The notes beneath the pieces are model-generated. The model was given only the letters and a program-made list of their open reading frames with translations, ran no database searches and was not told where the DNA came from. The position numbers and the translations under genes are program-made. A DNA stretch of 60,084 nucleotides, counting the filler, from Sanchytrium tribonematis (taxonomy: Eukaryota), in the NCBI GenBank assembly GCA_018985235.1. It is 4 parts of 4 records of this genome, joined end to end, with 100 filler letters (N's around TTAATTAATTAA, not from the genome) between each part and the next. Parts side by side here need not be neighbours in the genome. Positions count along the whole stretch, not along the records: positions 1 to 15,021 come from JADGIG010000159.1; positions 15,122 to 30,105 come from JADGIG010000160.1; 2 more parts are not named here. One strand, written 5' to 3'. Positions 9,350-19,779 of this stretch are shown one piece after another (the stretch's first letter is position 1; every line of letters starts with the position of its first letter).

Positions 9350-12115
9350 TTAAGGAAGAAATTCCGAATAAGTTTTTTGAGAGTGAACACTTTCTCTAGA
9401 AGATTTAGAAAATACCTCGCTTCCCTTTTTCCTCATGATTGGAGTCCCGGGTTCTCTTTCAGTGATGGAGTTTTTAGATTTGAGTAATTTAGATTCTTGA
9501 GACTCTGCAAAAGAAGATCTTGACCTAATATTTTTAGCTGCTTCAATATTTTCTGACAACCGTCTATTTCGAATAAGTTTTTTCTGAGGGCCCTCAATCA
9601 TTAAATCAGTTAGATAATCTAATGCCGACGACCATGCTTCCTCTGTTTCAATGTCAAATTCAGAAAGTAAAAATTCTCTCATAGTTTGCAGCAGACAGGA
9701 AGTTAATCGTGTAAACATGTCAGGACGAACACCCCATTCTTCATGCTGCTTGCCATGTTCTCTTATTTTGTCTTCATGCTCCTCAATTTGCTCTAGTTTT
9801 TTGACAACAAGACTAATAAGCCCACCAAAAGCTTTGGATTGACTCATGACATCTGGGAAAAATTTAACAAACTCTTTATCTGTGGTAAAAAGATTATCAT
9901 AATATTTAAAGCTGAAAATTGTAGTGGCCGACTTCTGGAACTCTAAGGTGTCTTTTGGGAAATAATTAAGTGAGATATTTTTTGGATCTATTTTTAAAGT
10001 GACAAGCTTCTCCCAACTTCTACTAATAAGTTTAATCTGTAGTGGACAAATTTTAGGACCTACTGGGGCGGGCCGCTTTAACATTGAATTTGTTTCCGCC
10101 CTCCTGCGGATTTTGGGTCCTTCTATCATAAAAGCTCCTACTAGATTAAGAGCTTGCTTCCATGCCGAAAATGCAGTCAAGTCAAATTCTTCACCTAAAA
10201 ATTCTTTCAAAGTTGCAATTAAACATCTTTCTTGACACTCATAAAATTGTGGTTTAATTCCACTTATTTCAGAGTTTTTTCTACCTTGTTCTCTGATTTT
10301 GTCTTCGTAAAAATCTACGAATTCTAGTTTTTCTGTAATAGTGAATAAGAGACTTGCAAAATCCGCTCTTTGTTTTTCTGGACTATTATACATTGTTGAA
10401 AATTCAGAGTATTCCCACAAAAGATTATCATAGTACTTCACGCAAAACATTGTCTGGATCTTGATTCCGCTCTTGTTTATTCCCGTGAGTAAAAGTTGAT
10501 CACTACATTTTAATTTGAATGAAGAGTATGGTATCGTCTTTTCTAACAAAAGCTCCCAAGAATTTCTTATGATTTCTATTTTGTCCTCTGAAAATTGGTT
10601 CACTAAAATATTTGCAAATTTATCATCGTCGCTTAGTGATTCTTTTTGGCCCTCAATCATAAATTGAATCACAACCTCAAAACATGTTCTCCAAGATTTT
10701 AATAAATTTGCAGATAATTTTTCAAGCAAAAATTCTTGAAGTGTCTTGAGCGTAGCGTCCTTTATGCGACCGAGCATCGCTCCGTTAATTTTATGTAGCT
10801 CTAGATGAATTCGTCCAAGATTTTTCGCATAATGCTGAAAATCAGTTGAATTTTCAAACTTTATGAGAATTACATCAAATAATCCATCAAACATTTTTTT
10901 TAATGACATAAAATTAGGAAAATAGTAACGAAGTGATGGCACCTCAAAAAATAAATTGTCGTACATTTTTAATACAAAATATTCCATATTGGAGGGATTG
11001 GTCGCTTGATCAAATAGGCTTTTCATGTCAAAGGTTTTAAATTTAAGCCTTTTTGGATCTAGATTCATATTCTTAACTAATTCCCAAGACCTTCTCATAT
11101 TTCGAAGTTCTATTTGAGATACCTTTTCATCTAGGTTATCAGTGCTTTTCGCTTTCAATCGACTCTCCTTTTCATTGAATCCCTCTATCATAGCATTAAT
11201 GATCGTCGAAAATGCATGTTTCCACGCTTTCTTTGCGGTAAACCCAAATTCATCTGACAGAATAATTTCAAAAGTTTCAAGTAAACTTTCTGCAAAAGCC
11301 TCTAAATGTTTTTTCTCAACTTGGTACTCTTCCATATGTCGCCGACCAAGCTTTTTAAAGTAATAACTATTATCCTCCAACTTCGAAGACTTAAATATCA
11401 TTCCTTCCATCATTTTTACAAAAGCTTTTCGTTGCGTCATTTCTTCTGGAAACATTGCGGCCATTGTTGGTTCCTTTTTGAACAACAAGTCGTAAAATTG
11501 AAAATGAAAAATTGTCACAGGATCGGTTTGCCGGTTGCTACCACCTAACATTTTCCGTAAATCCTCATTTGTTAGTTGAATGCTTTCTGGGGTGAGTTTC
11601 TTTTGTAGAACCAAATCCCATGGCTTTTTTAGTGCATCCGTATTGTTTTTCTTTTTGTCAAAAATTTGAGTTAGCATTTTTCGCTTTTTCTCTGCTTTTG
11701 CTCCAATAATTATAGCAACAACATCTGAAAGTCCTATCTTCCATAGTTGTAGCTGATCTATACTCACCTGATCTTGCAGAATATCTTCTATCACAATGAT
11801 GAAGTTATCAATCCACGCGTTAAGAATATCTGGATTTAAATGACCCAGTATGATCTTTAAGGATTCTTGCTTGCTGGGGTCTTGTTTTCGCACTTGTGCC
11901 GCTGCATCTAAAAGCGCGTTTATAAGATTAATATTTAAATAGGTTTTGATCTCTTGATATTTGTTTATCACATTGTCGATAGTAAGGAGAATAAATGTGG
12001 ACGCGTTGTCAATTTCAAATTGAGTTTTATCAATATTCTCGAGGCTAACTCTGGCATAATCAAACTCGATAATTAATTTCCAACTAGCTTCCAACAGATC
12101 ATTGGGGATTGACAT
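9350..12115 (-). CDS. Tandem multi-globin-domain protein (4 clear globin repeats plus a degenerate N-terminal one)
   Basis: Repeated pattern [SP]W ... F..x[FMY]YD[NL]L ... F[P] ... G[RK]xH ... AW/SW ... MIEG. B10 Tyr at aa 208/385/562/739; F8 at H260/H437/N614/H791. Confidence 0.85.
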   Translation of the reverse strand: MSIPNDLLEASWKLIIEFDYARVSLENIDKTQFEIDNASTFILLTIDNVINKYQEIKTYLNINLINALLDAAAQVRKQDPSKQESLKIILGHLNPDILNAWIDNFIIVIEDILQDQVSIDQLQLWKIGLSDVVAIIIGAKAEKKRKMLTQIFDKKKNNTDALKKPWDLVLQKKLTPESIQLTNEDLRKMLGGSNRQTDPVTIFHFQFYDLLFKKEPTMAAMFPEEMTQRKAFVKMMEGMIFKSSKLEDNSYYFKKLGRRHMEEYQVEKKHLEAFAESLLETFEIILSDEFGFTAKKAWKHAFSTIINAMIEGFNEKESRLKAKSTDNLDEKVSQIELRNMRRSWELVKNMNLDPKRLKFKTFDMKSLFDQATNPSNMEYFVLKMYDNLFFEVPSLRYYFPNFMSLKKMFDGLFDVILIKFENSTDFQHYAKNLGRIHLELHKINGAMLGRIKDATLKTLQEFLLEKLSANLLKSWRTCFEVVIQFMIEGQKESLSDDDKFANILVNQFSEDKIEIIRNSWELLLEKTIPYSSFKLKCSDQLLLTGINKSGIKIQTMFCVKYYDNLLWEYSEFSTMYNSPEKQRADFASLLFTITEKLEFVDFYEDKIREQGRKNSEISGIKPQFYECQERCLIATLKEFLGEEFDLTAFSAWKQALNLVGAFMIEGPKIRRRAETNSMLKRPAPVGPKICPLQIKLISRSWEKLVTLKIDPKNISLNYFPKDTLEFQKSATTIFSFKYYDNLFTTDKEFVKFFPDVMSQSKAFGGLISLVVKKLEQIEEHEDKIREHGKQHEEWGVRPDMFTRLTSCLLQTMREFLLSEFDIETEEAWSSALDYLTDLMIEGPQKKLIRNRRLSENIEAAKNIRSRSSFAESQESKLLKSKNSITEREPGTPIMRKKGSEVFSKSSRESVHSQKTYSEFLP

Positions 12116-12234
12116 TCAAAGCCACAAATCATTATATTTGAATGTAATCACAATTTCAAAGAATAGGCATGAGGAACCAAGCTGCCAAAGTAGATATTCA
12201 ATTTGCTCCCACATCAAAGATGGTTTTTATTTTT

Positions 12235-14179
12235 TTAGCGAAGAAAATCTACCATTTCCATATCTAAGCTTTGAGACTTGGAGAATACTTTGGGCCCAAA
12301 AAACTTAGAATTTTGATTAATCATTTGGACCAACTTATCTTTTAGAGCAACGAGCGATTTCAATTGCGCCTGTCGAGTCAAATCTTTTGCTTCAGCACTA
12401 TAACAGGTTAAATAGCTTTTCCCAATCGCTTCAATGCAATCGAGAACAAGAGGAGAGATATCCGGTATGTAATTGAGTAGCTCTTCATCCAAATAGAATG
12501 AGCTTTGATTTGTTAAGAAAACCTTGCTGTTTTCAATATACTAAGTTAGCTACAAATACCTCTACGGCTTTCAGAAATTGCTGCTCAACCAAAGCGTCTT
12601 TAAAATATACCAAATCAAGCAATCGCATTGTAATTTTTAGGTCAGTTGATTGAGAATATTGTTTGACATACTTTTCAGTCAATTTGATCAAATCATTTTT
12701 CTGAAAGGTGTATAAGGGGATCCCTTGTATGATTCTTGTTAAACTTTCATTTAACCGATGTAATACAGCCTCATAATTTTGAGAATAATCCCATAGATAC
12801 AGCGCAGTCTCGATTTTCTTTTGTGCCAAGGCTTGAGTTGCAGCTGATGAAACTATGCTCTCCTTGAATTCAACTTCGCTCAAATTCATTTTTGGAAGAT
12901 ATTCCACCAGCCCTTTTTGCAGCAAATAATCAAGATCATTTTTGTTAGCATGGACAAGCAAATCTGTCCATTGCGATTGAACAAACTTTAAAAATATCCC
13001 TTTCCCATTGATAAGTTGCATTAGGTAGAACACCTTGTCTTTCAATTCAGAGAGATTTAGAATATATGAAATAATTAGATTCTGAATGTGGAACGTTCTA
13101 TTATATTGATCAAACAAGGTGTCTGATAAAATGGGAGAAGTTGGCACCAATAATTTTTGGTTTTGATGCAATAGAATAGCAATATGTATAGCGTCCAAAG
13201 CGTACTTCGAATCCTGAAGTAAATAGTTTAAGCCTTGACCATATTCCATTACAGAGAAGCATTTTTGTGCTTTGTCGTGAGGACTTCCTTTGGACAAATC
13301 CAATTCTTTTTTGATATCCTCCAAAGATTTGGCCCCCGTTGTAAACAGATGCAAAAGATGCCAAAACATGTGTTCCCAAGTATTATGAATCACCCTATCT
13401 AATTCTAATTGCTCTCTTGGTGCCAAAATGTCACCTCTACATTTTTTCAAAGCTAATGAATAAACATCGTCTCCAAGATTGAGCCTTTTTAAATCTACAG
13501 GCAAACCTGTTCTTAATGAAAAATATAACTTTTGGCTGGAAGTACCTTCCAAGTTTTTGACTCTCATGAATCCGTCAATCAATTCTTCTTGATTAAAGTT
13601 ATTTCCAATCTTCGAAATAGCACTATGGCGCTCAACCACTTTCTGCATGATATCCCTAAATTCAGATTCTAGATAAGTTTTTGCTTTTACAATAACATTT
13701 TGAGGGGAACTTTCCTTATATATAAAATTCACCATTTTCCAGAGACGAGCCTGCCCTACGTCCGCCCAGTGCTCCATGACAGTAGATTTAAATTTGTTTT
13801 CGCCTTGGATTTTCAACTCTAGCATAGATTGCTTTGGCATTATAGCCATACAATTTTCTTTGATGTTTTTGATTATATCCTGATAAACTTCATCTAATTC
13901 TTGTACAATGTGCTGCTCATACTTTAAATTAGAGATGTTAAATGCATTTAAAACAGCGTTTTGCTCGAACTCTTGAGTTTTATCTAAGTTGGTAGCTTTT
14001 CTTTTGTGAAATGAATTTTGGTAGTAATTCAGATGATCTAGTTGCTTAGTTGCTGGCGGTGCTTGGGAGCTCAATTTTTTAGAAAGTGAATAAATACTGG
14101 AAATATTGGTAGTGTAAGAATTTAGATTTTTAGCCTGTTGCAAAAGCTGTTGCAAATCTTCGACTTTTGAATTGGTCAT
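12235..14179 (-). CDS. NIC96: Nucleoporin Nic96/Nup93 (divergent), 2 exons, ~641 aa
   Basis: LQQLLQQAKNL N-terminus, AKTYLESEF, LYFSLRTG and DAIHIAILL motifs. The 19-nt intron at 12541-12559 (gtatttgtagctaacttag) joins the two ORF-track frames. Confidence 0.75.
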
Positions 14180-14313
14180 CTAAAACTAGGAGATTATAAA
14201 GATTTGTTCCACAGTTCTACTCAACAGCAATATAAAGTATCAAAATCTAATTTTAAAATATTAAGCGTAAATTTATTATAACTAACTGGAATTTTATCCA
14301 TCAATTGAATAAT

Positions 14314-14625
14314 TCAAAGCAAAAAGCTTTGCCCGCAGCCACAGCTGCCTTTCAAATTTGGATTAACAATCTTTAGGCCATTCTGCAATTCGTTCTCTTC
14401 ATAATCGACTGTACTTCCTATAAAACCCAGCACACTTCTATGATCTAAAACGATGTTGGTTCCCACAAGATCGTCTTTTGGATTAATCTCGTTTTTCGGG
14501 ATATGTTGAATGTTATACATATGGCCACTACATCCCTTCCTTATGATACTGAGCTTTAGTGCTTTATTTTGTGGTAAAGTATTTGATATATGCTTCAAAG
14601 CAGCTGGAGTAAATTTGAGTAACAT
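14314..14625 (-). CDS. ISA1: A-type Fe-S cluster carrier IscA/Isa1
   Basis: KGCSGHMY, GSTVDY, NPNLKGSCGCGQSF. Confidence 0.9.
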   Translation of the reverse strand: MLLKFTPAALKHISNTLPQNKALKLSIIRKGCSGHMYNIQHIPKNEINPKDDLVGTNIVLDHRSVLGFIGSTVDYEENELQNGLKIVNPNLKGSCGCGQSFLL

Positions 14626-14788
14626 AAATGAATAAATGTATTTTAAGTTTCAAGGATGAACAAGTTCCAGGAATTTTAAATGCTTAACCAAGTTGACTTA
14701 ACATGGGTTGCGTATTTAACGATGTACAGTTTTTTTTAACAATTTGGCAAAATAAATATATACATTTGTTTCAATCCCCGCAAAACAA

Positions 14789-15021
14789 ATGAGTTCTGAT
14801 TGGAATTTGATCGAGTCAGACCCAGGTGTGTTTACCGAACTCATTCAGCTATATGGAGTTGAGGGTGTTGTAATGGAGGAGGTGTTTGACTTGGACTATA
14901 TTAACAGTGACGCTCTAGGCTTGATTTTTCTATTTGATTACAAAAAACGGTCACCTCTTACTGTAAGTGTACCTGGGCTATTTTTTGCGAATCAAGTCAT
15001 AAACAATGCTTGCGCAACTTT
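14789..15021 (+). CDS. UCHL5: Ubiquitin C-terminal hydrolase, UCH37/UCHL5-like (peptidase C12), truncated at contig end
   Basis: [34 protein letters not shown] (catalytic Cys). Confidence 0.88.
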
Positions 15022-15121
15022 NNNNNNNNNNNNNNNNNNNNNNNNNNNNNNNNNNNNNNNNNNNNTTAATTAATTAANNNNNNNNNNNNNNNNNNNNNNN
15101 NNNNNNNNNNNNNNNNNNNNN
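15022..15121. other. Artificial contig linker N44-TTAATTAATTAA-N44
   Basis: Six-frame-stop 12-mer flanked by Ns; the UCH gene on the left is cut. Confidence 0.97.
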
Positions 15122-15272
15122 AAATCTGTAAATTACTATAATGTTATAAATTGTTATTTAGTTTTGTAATGTGTTAAATACCAAACACTTTTTGCCCTCA
15201 ACTTCTGCTCAAAACAATTTAAGGGGTGAAGAATGCAAATGCGGTTTAAATTTATCTTTGTGATAGCTCACA
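15122..15272 (+). repeat. Left arm of a >=151-bp inverted repeat (pairs with 19052-19202)
   Basis: Reverse complement of 19052-19202 with about 3 mismatches by manual alignment; cut by the contig edge. Confidence 0.9.
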
Positions 15273-15579
15273 TGTGAATATTTTAGGAAAAAACAACGGA
15301 CTAATGTCTATCAATGGTCTTTTAATCTTTGACATTTCTCAGACTTCTAAAAACCGCTTAGAGATAATTTAAATAGATTTGACGAAAACATTGAAGAAAT
15401 TGATATATAAACCTACTGATGCAAATGAGAATTTTCGAATCCATTGCATACTTTTGAGAAGTCTCTAAGTAAGTATTTTAATGCACCTTATTACACATTT
15501 TTAACCAAGAATTGTAATTTTTCAAAAATATCGCAATATTCAGACCAATTTCAAGGAAATTTAGATGAGGTGGTCACTG

Positions 15580-15809
15580 TGTTGCAGGTCATACTCCGAC
15601 GGGAGCAGTTCTGACCCTGTAGACCCAATGGGGATCACGAGGGGTCACGAGGGGTCATTAGGGGATTTGAGAGACTTATGATTGGCTCTTATATATTGCA
15701 AAGACTTGTGATATACAAGGGAACCAATCAATAGAAGGACCAAAACACTTATAAACGGGACATTGTCCAAATAAATATCTATGTCAACGACTTCAAACTT
15801 TACGCAACA
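15580..15809 (+). repeat. 5' LTR (230 bp)
   Basis: TG...CA termini, 6-bp terminal inverted repeat, one extra 10-bp GGGGTCACGA unit relative to the 3' LTR. Confidence 0.9.
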
Positions 15810-18490
15810 TGGTAGCGAGGAAATCCATCTTTCAAAAGCAGAAGGCCACTGTTTAGGAATTGGTGTTTCAGAAATGCAAGAAAACCCCGAAATTGAGAAA
15901 ACCCCAAAACCAAAAAAAATGGAGAAAATTATCAAAGTTGAAAACATCATTTTAAAGGATTTCAAGAAAAAGTAAGAAAAAGGTGTCTTAAATAAAATGG
16001 ATTCGGCAGGCACAAAATTAGTTAAACACGAAAAAGAAATTAAAAACATTAAAAATAAAATTGAAAAAGGCCTGCTTCGAAAATGAATCCACCCACAGGA
16101 GAGATCGAAGGCCGTTTCTCAAATGTGGCGCAAGCAATGGAACAGCTTGGGGATTCTGCGGGGTCTCCGAGACTTGCGTTAAGACCACCCTTTGAGCAAG
16201 CAATTGAGTCTGATAGCATGGACGGTTCAGAAGAAAATGCCTTGGTTGAAAGAGAAGGTTACTTAGAGTCAAAAGAACTAAGTCCAACCATCAGAAATGA
16301 TCCTGATCCACATAGTAATGGATCAGATGACGACAACAGTTCGAATCCCTCACGAGGAGATTCAAGTGACTATAGTCAAGCAAGAAGAGGATCAATGACT
16401 AACAGTCTAACCTCTAATACTGCACCACCACCACCTGTGCAAACTAAAACTAGGAGTCCTGTCTTGGATAAAAGAAGTTTAAATACTATTTCTTCACTAT
16501 GTAAGAATAGTTTAGATAAGTATCATCCAAAAAATGAGATTGAGCCCTGATTCAGAAAGTTGGAGTTTATGTGTGACCTTCACCATTTGGATAAAGATCA
16601 TAGGAAGTTTTTCATGATTAGACTGATGCCTGAGCACGCATTCAAGCACATTGAGAGAAGGTATAAAGGTACCTTATGAAAAATTGAAAAAGAAGGTTAT
16701 TCGTCTATACAGACCGAAGGGTGTCCTAGACTCTTTGTTCAAGGGGAAACTTGTCGCCAGAAACCAGGTGAAAAATATGAGCGCTTTTAAGACAGAGTGC
16801 TAGACTACATTGCATTACAAAGGCAATGGTAGCAATGAAGTTAAGAAATTATTGCTATGATCCTGAAATTCAGAAGAAAATTAGCTTACGTGGAGGCTTT
16901 GAGCCTAAGACAATTTCGTCACACGCCTTAAAGTTGGAAAGGTATAATGGTGGACCATTGGGATCAATGGGAGGAAACATGGCACCACGTAAGAGAAAGT
17001 CCTATGATCGACCAGAATTTCGAAAGAAATATAAATACGATTAATATGACAAGGGCGCAAACAGTGGCAAAGACAAGAACAGAGAAAAGCCTGATAAGTT
17101 TAAAGCTCAGTGCTTTAGATGTGGCAAATTAGGTCAATTTAGCCGCGACTGTCCGAAGAAAAAGAAGGGTTATTTCAAACCTGATATGAGCAGACTTAAC
17201 ACGTTCACGTTTTCAAATAAACCAGTTGAACCTTATTCTTTTACATTGAACAATATTGAAGTCTTGATTGATGGTGGAGCATTCCTAACCTGATTTCAGA
17301 GCAGTTTGCACTTGATCCGGAATTCCTAGACTTAGTGCTAGAGAATCGACTGAGATAAGATGTTACAAAATGACGTTATTGAGCCGTCTAATTCGGATTG
17401 GAGATCTGCAGTGGTTTTAATGACAAAACCAGATGGATCTGTTCGATTTTGTGTAAACTATAAGCAATTAAACAAACACACGAAGTTTGACGCGTATCCG
17501 TTACCGGATCTAAATTCTCGACTAGAACTGAAATCGGGATATTGGCAAATTAATTTAGCAGATCCCGACAAAGAAAAAACGGCCTTTGTGACACCATTTG
17601 GGCTGCAACTCCAATCAAGCAACCACCAGTTGGAACTACAAATCCTGAAGATTTTGCAGTTGGTCTGCCACCAATTGACTCCAATCAAACCACTCCAATC
17701 TCAAGTAACGCGAAAGCAAAAGCTCGAAGATTCAAGCGAAAATACGATACTGACAAATTAAAGTCAGCATTGGCTCAAATCAGAGTCAAATGCCGTCAAA
17801 TATTAAAATCTGCGCATTTAGAAGAAGGCCCAAATGCTTTTAAAGAGCTTAATGAGGCTGTGGATGCTGGGATTGAGGCAAATGTAAGAGCAAATGGAAG
17901 AAGAGTTTGACGTCGAAAAAATAAGCGGCTTTAAAATCACTAGAATCGGGTCAAACTCAGACTGTTGGTGATGATAAAGTGTTTTGGGAGCCAATGAAAA
18001 ATGTTGAAAATACATTGGCCTTTCGTGATTTTAGTAAAAATGCGAAAAAAACCCAATCACATCTTTTACAAATATATTAAAGGAAAATAAAAAAAACATT
18101 ACAGTAAAAATAGAAAAAAAATTAAGAGTGGGAAATGTAACAGGAATGTCATCTAAAACAGAGCACCTGGTTCAGACAGTACTTAAAGAGGTTCATGATG
18201 GTCTATTGGCTACTCACTCTGGAAGAGAACAGGTGACCTTTCACCTAAGAAAATATTATATAGAAGTTGTGGAGAAGTGAAATAGCAAAAGGGCTGCGAT
18301 TGATTTACAGATTGGTGATAAAGTATACGTGGTAAAAACAATTCCAGGTCGTGAGCTAGAAGATAAGCTAGAGGATGACACAATTACAATACTTAAGTTC
18401 TTTGGAAAAGATTCAAAGAAAGTCTTAGTGAAAGAGAAATTGGATCTAAGCCCGCAAACTGTTAAGGAGGCCTTTTTAAAGAAAGAGGGA

Positions 18491-18710
18491 TGTTGCAGGT
18501 CATACTCCGACGGGAGCAGTTTTGACCCTGTAGACCCAAGGGGGATCACGAGGGGTCACAAAGGGATTTGAGAGATTTATGATTGGCTCTTCTATTTTTC
18601 AAAGACTTGTGATGTATAAGGGAACCAATCAATAGAAGGACCAAAACACATATTATCGGGACATTCCCCAAATAAATATCTATGTCAACGACTTCAAACT
18701 TTACGCGACA
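18491..18710 (+). repeat. 3' LTR (220 bp)
   Basis: Direct repeat of 15580-15809 with about 17 substitutions by manual count; preceded by a polypurine tract. Confidence 0.9.
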
Positions 18711-19051
18711 CTAGGCATTGTCTATTTGAAAAAACATGTCATATCCACAATTTTTATAAAATGCCTTTCCAAATAGATTCAAATCGTTATCAGATAATAT
18801 TCCACGCGAATACACGGTCAACCCCTGTCCTTTTTACAACCACACTTTTAAAAAAACTAATTCTGCTGAGACATTAGATTCATTATCTGAGGATTCTGAA
18901 CAGTTTATGGTATTAAGTACAAGACAAAATCAACTCATTCATTACAAACAACATATGAGAAAGATGTACAGCTTCCGTCCGAATCAGATTAAGAAGTGTT
19001 TACAAGAGACTGATTTGTGGTATCAAAATACCAGCAACAACTATCTGATTT

Positions 19052-19202
19052 TGTGACCTATCACAAAGATAAATTTAAACCGCATTTGCATTCTTCACCC
19101 CTTAAATTGTTTTGAGCAGAAGTTGAGGGCAAAAAGTGTTTGGTATTTAATACATTACAAAACTAAATATCAATTTATAACATTATAGTAATTTACAGAT
19201 TT
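19052..19202 (-). repeat. Right arm of the inverted repeat (pairs with 15122-15272)
   Basis: Direct reverse-complement match. Confidence 0.9.
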
Positions 19203-19779
19203 TAGTATGCTGCTAAGATTCAAAAATGTTTGATTAGTATTAAACACAATGCAACACTGTATAGCTTTTTTTGACACTTTATTAATCACGACATTTGCCC
19301 AGATCTTTAGATCCAATATCCTTTTACTGGTGATTTAGGTGACATTATGACATGTTAGAAAATGAGCTGTCCAATTTCTAAAATGTTTAATTGTAACCCC
19401 AAAATTAAAATTTGTTTCCAAGTCTGCTTTGGGTTGGTGATTATATTTGCTGCATATCGCTTTGTTTAAATGATGGAAAAAAAATTCAAATATGCATACA
19501 CGGCATTGAAATTCTGGGTAGCAAATACTATTCAATATTTTGTTTCGTATGGCTATTTTGTGATTTGTATATAACAAGGTCTCTCATATATACTCATTAG
19601 TATAAATCGGCTCTATTCTAATATCGCAGCAATGATGAGTTTTCTGCGACCATTATGGTTTGATGCTGGCATTTACAGTATCATTGAAAGATTCAACGGC
19701 TTGCGCCATTGTCGTATCAGCTATCTGTTCGTCATCGTCCCAAGGAAGCTGTATATTACCTTATAATAGCGTTTTGTTA

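Larger units (their letters stand above)
15580..18710 (+). mobile_element. Degenerate, internally deleted Ty3/Gypsy LTR retrotransposon
   Basis: LTRs at 15580-15809 and 18491-18710 (TGTTGC...GC[A/G]ACA); PBS TGGTAGCGAGG at 15810; PPT at 18478-18490. Remnants: gag knuckle CFRCGKLGQFSRDC (17111-17152), protease VLIDGGA (~17261), RT N-terminus (17360-17605: KPDGSVRFCVNY, KSGYWQI, KTAFVTPFG), integrase EVHDGLLATHSG (~18190) and QIGDKVYV. Confidence 0.92.

Noticed and set aside
15066..15077. TTAATTAATTAA as a biological motif (piggyBac TTAA/PacI-like site)
   Set aside because: It is embedded in N-runs and repeated identically three times, so it is a synthetic stop linker.
15580..18710. RIP-like hypermutation of the LTRs
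   Set aside because: LTR differences are roughly half transversions by manual count, not C-to-T dominated.
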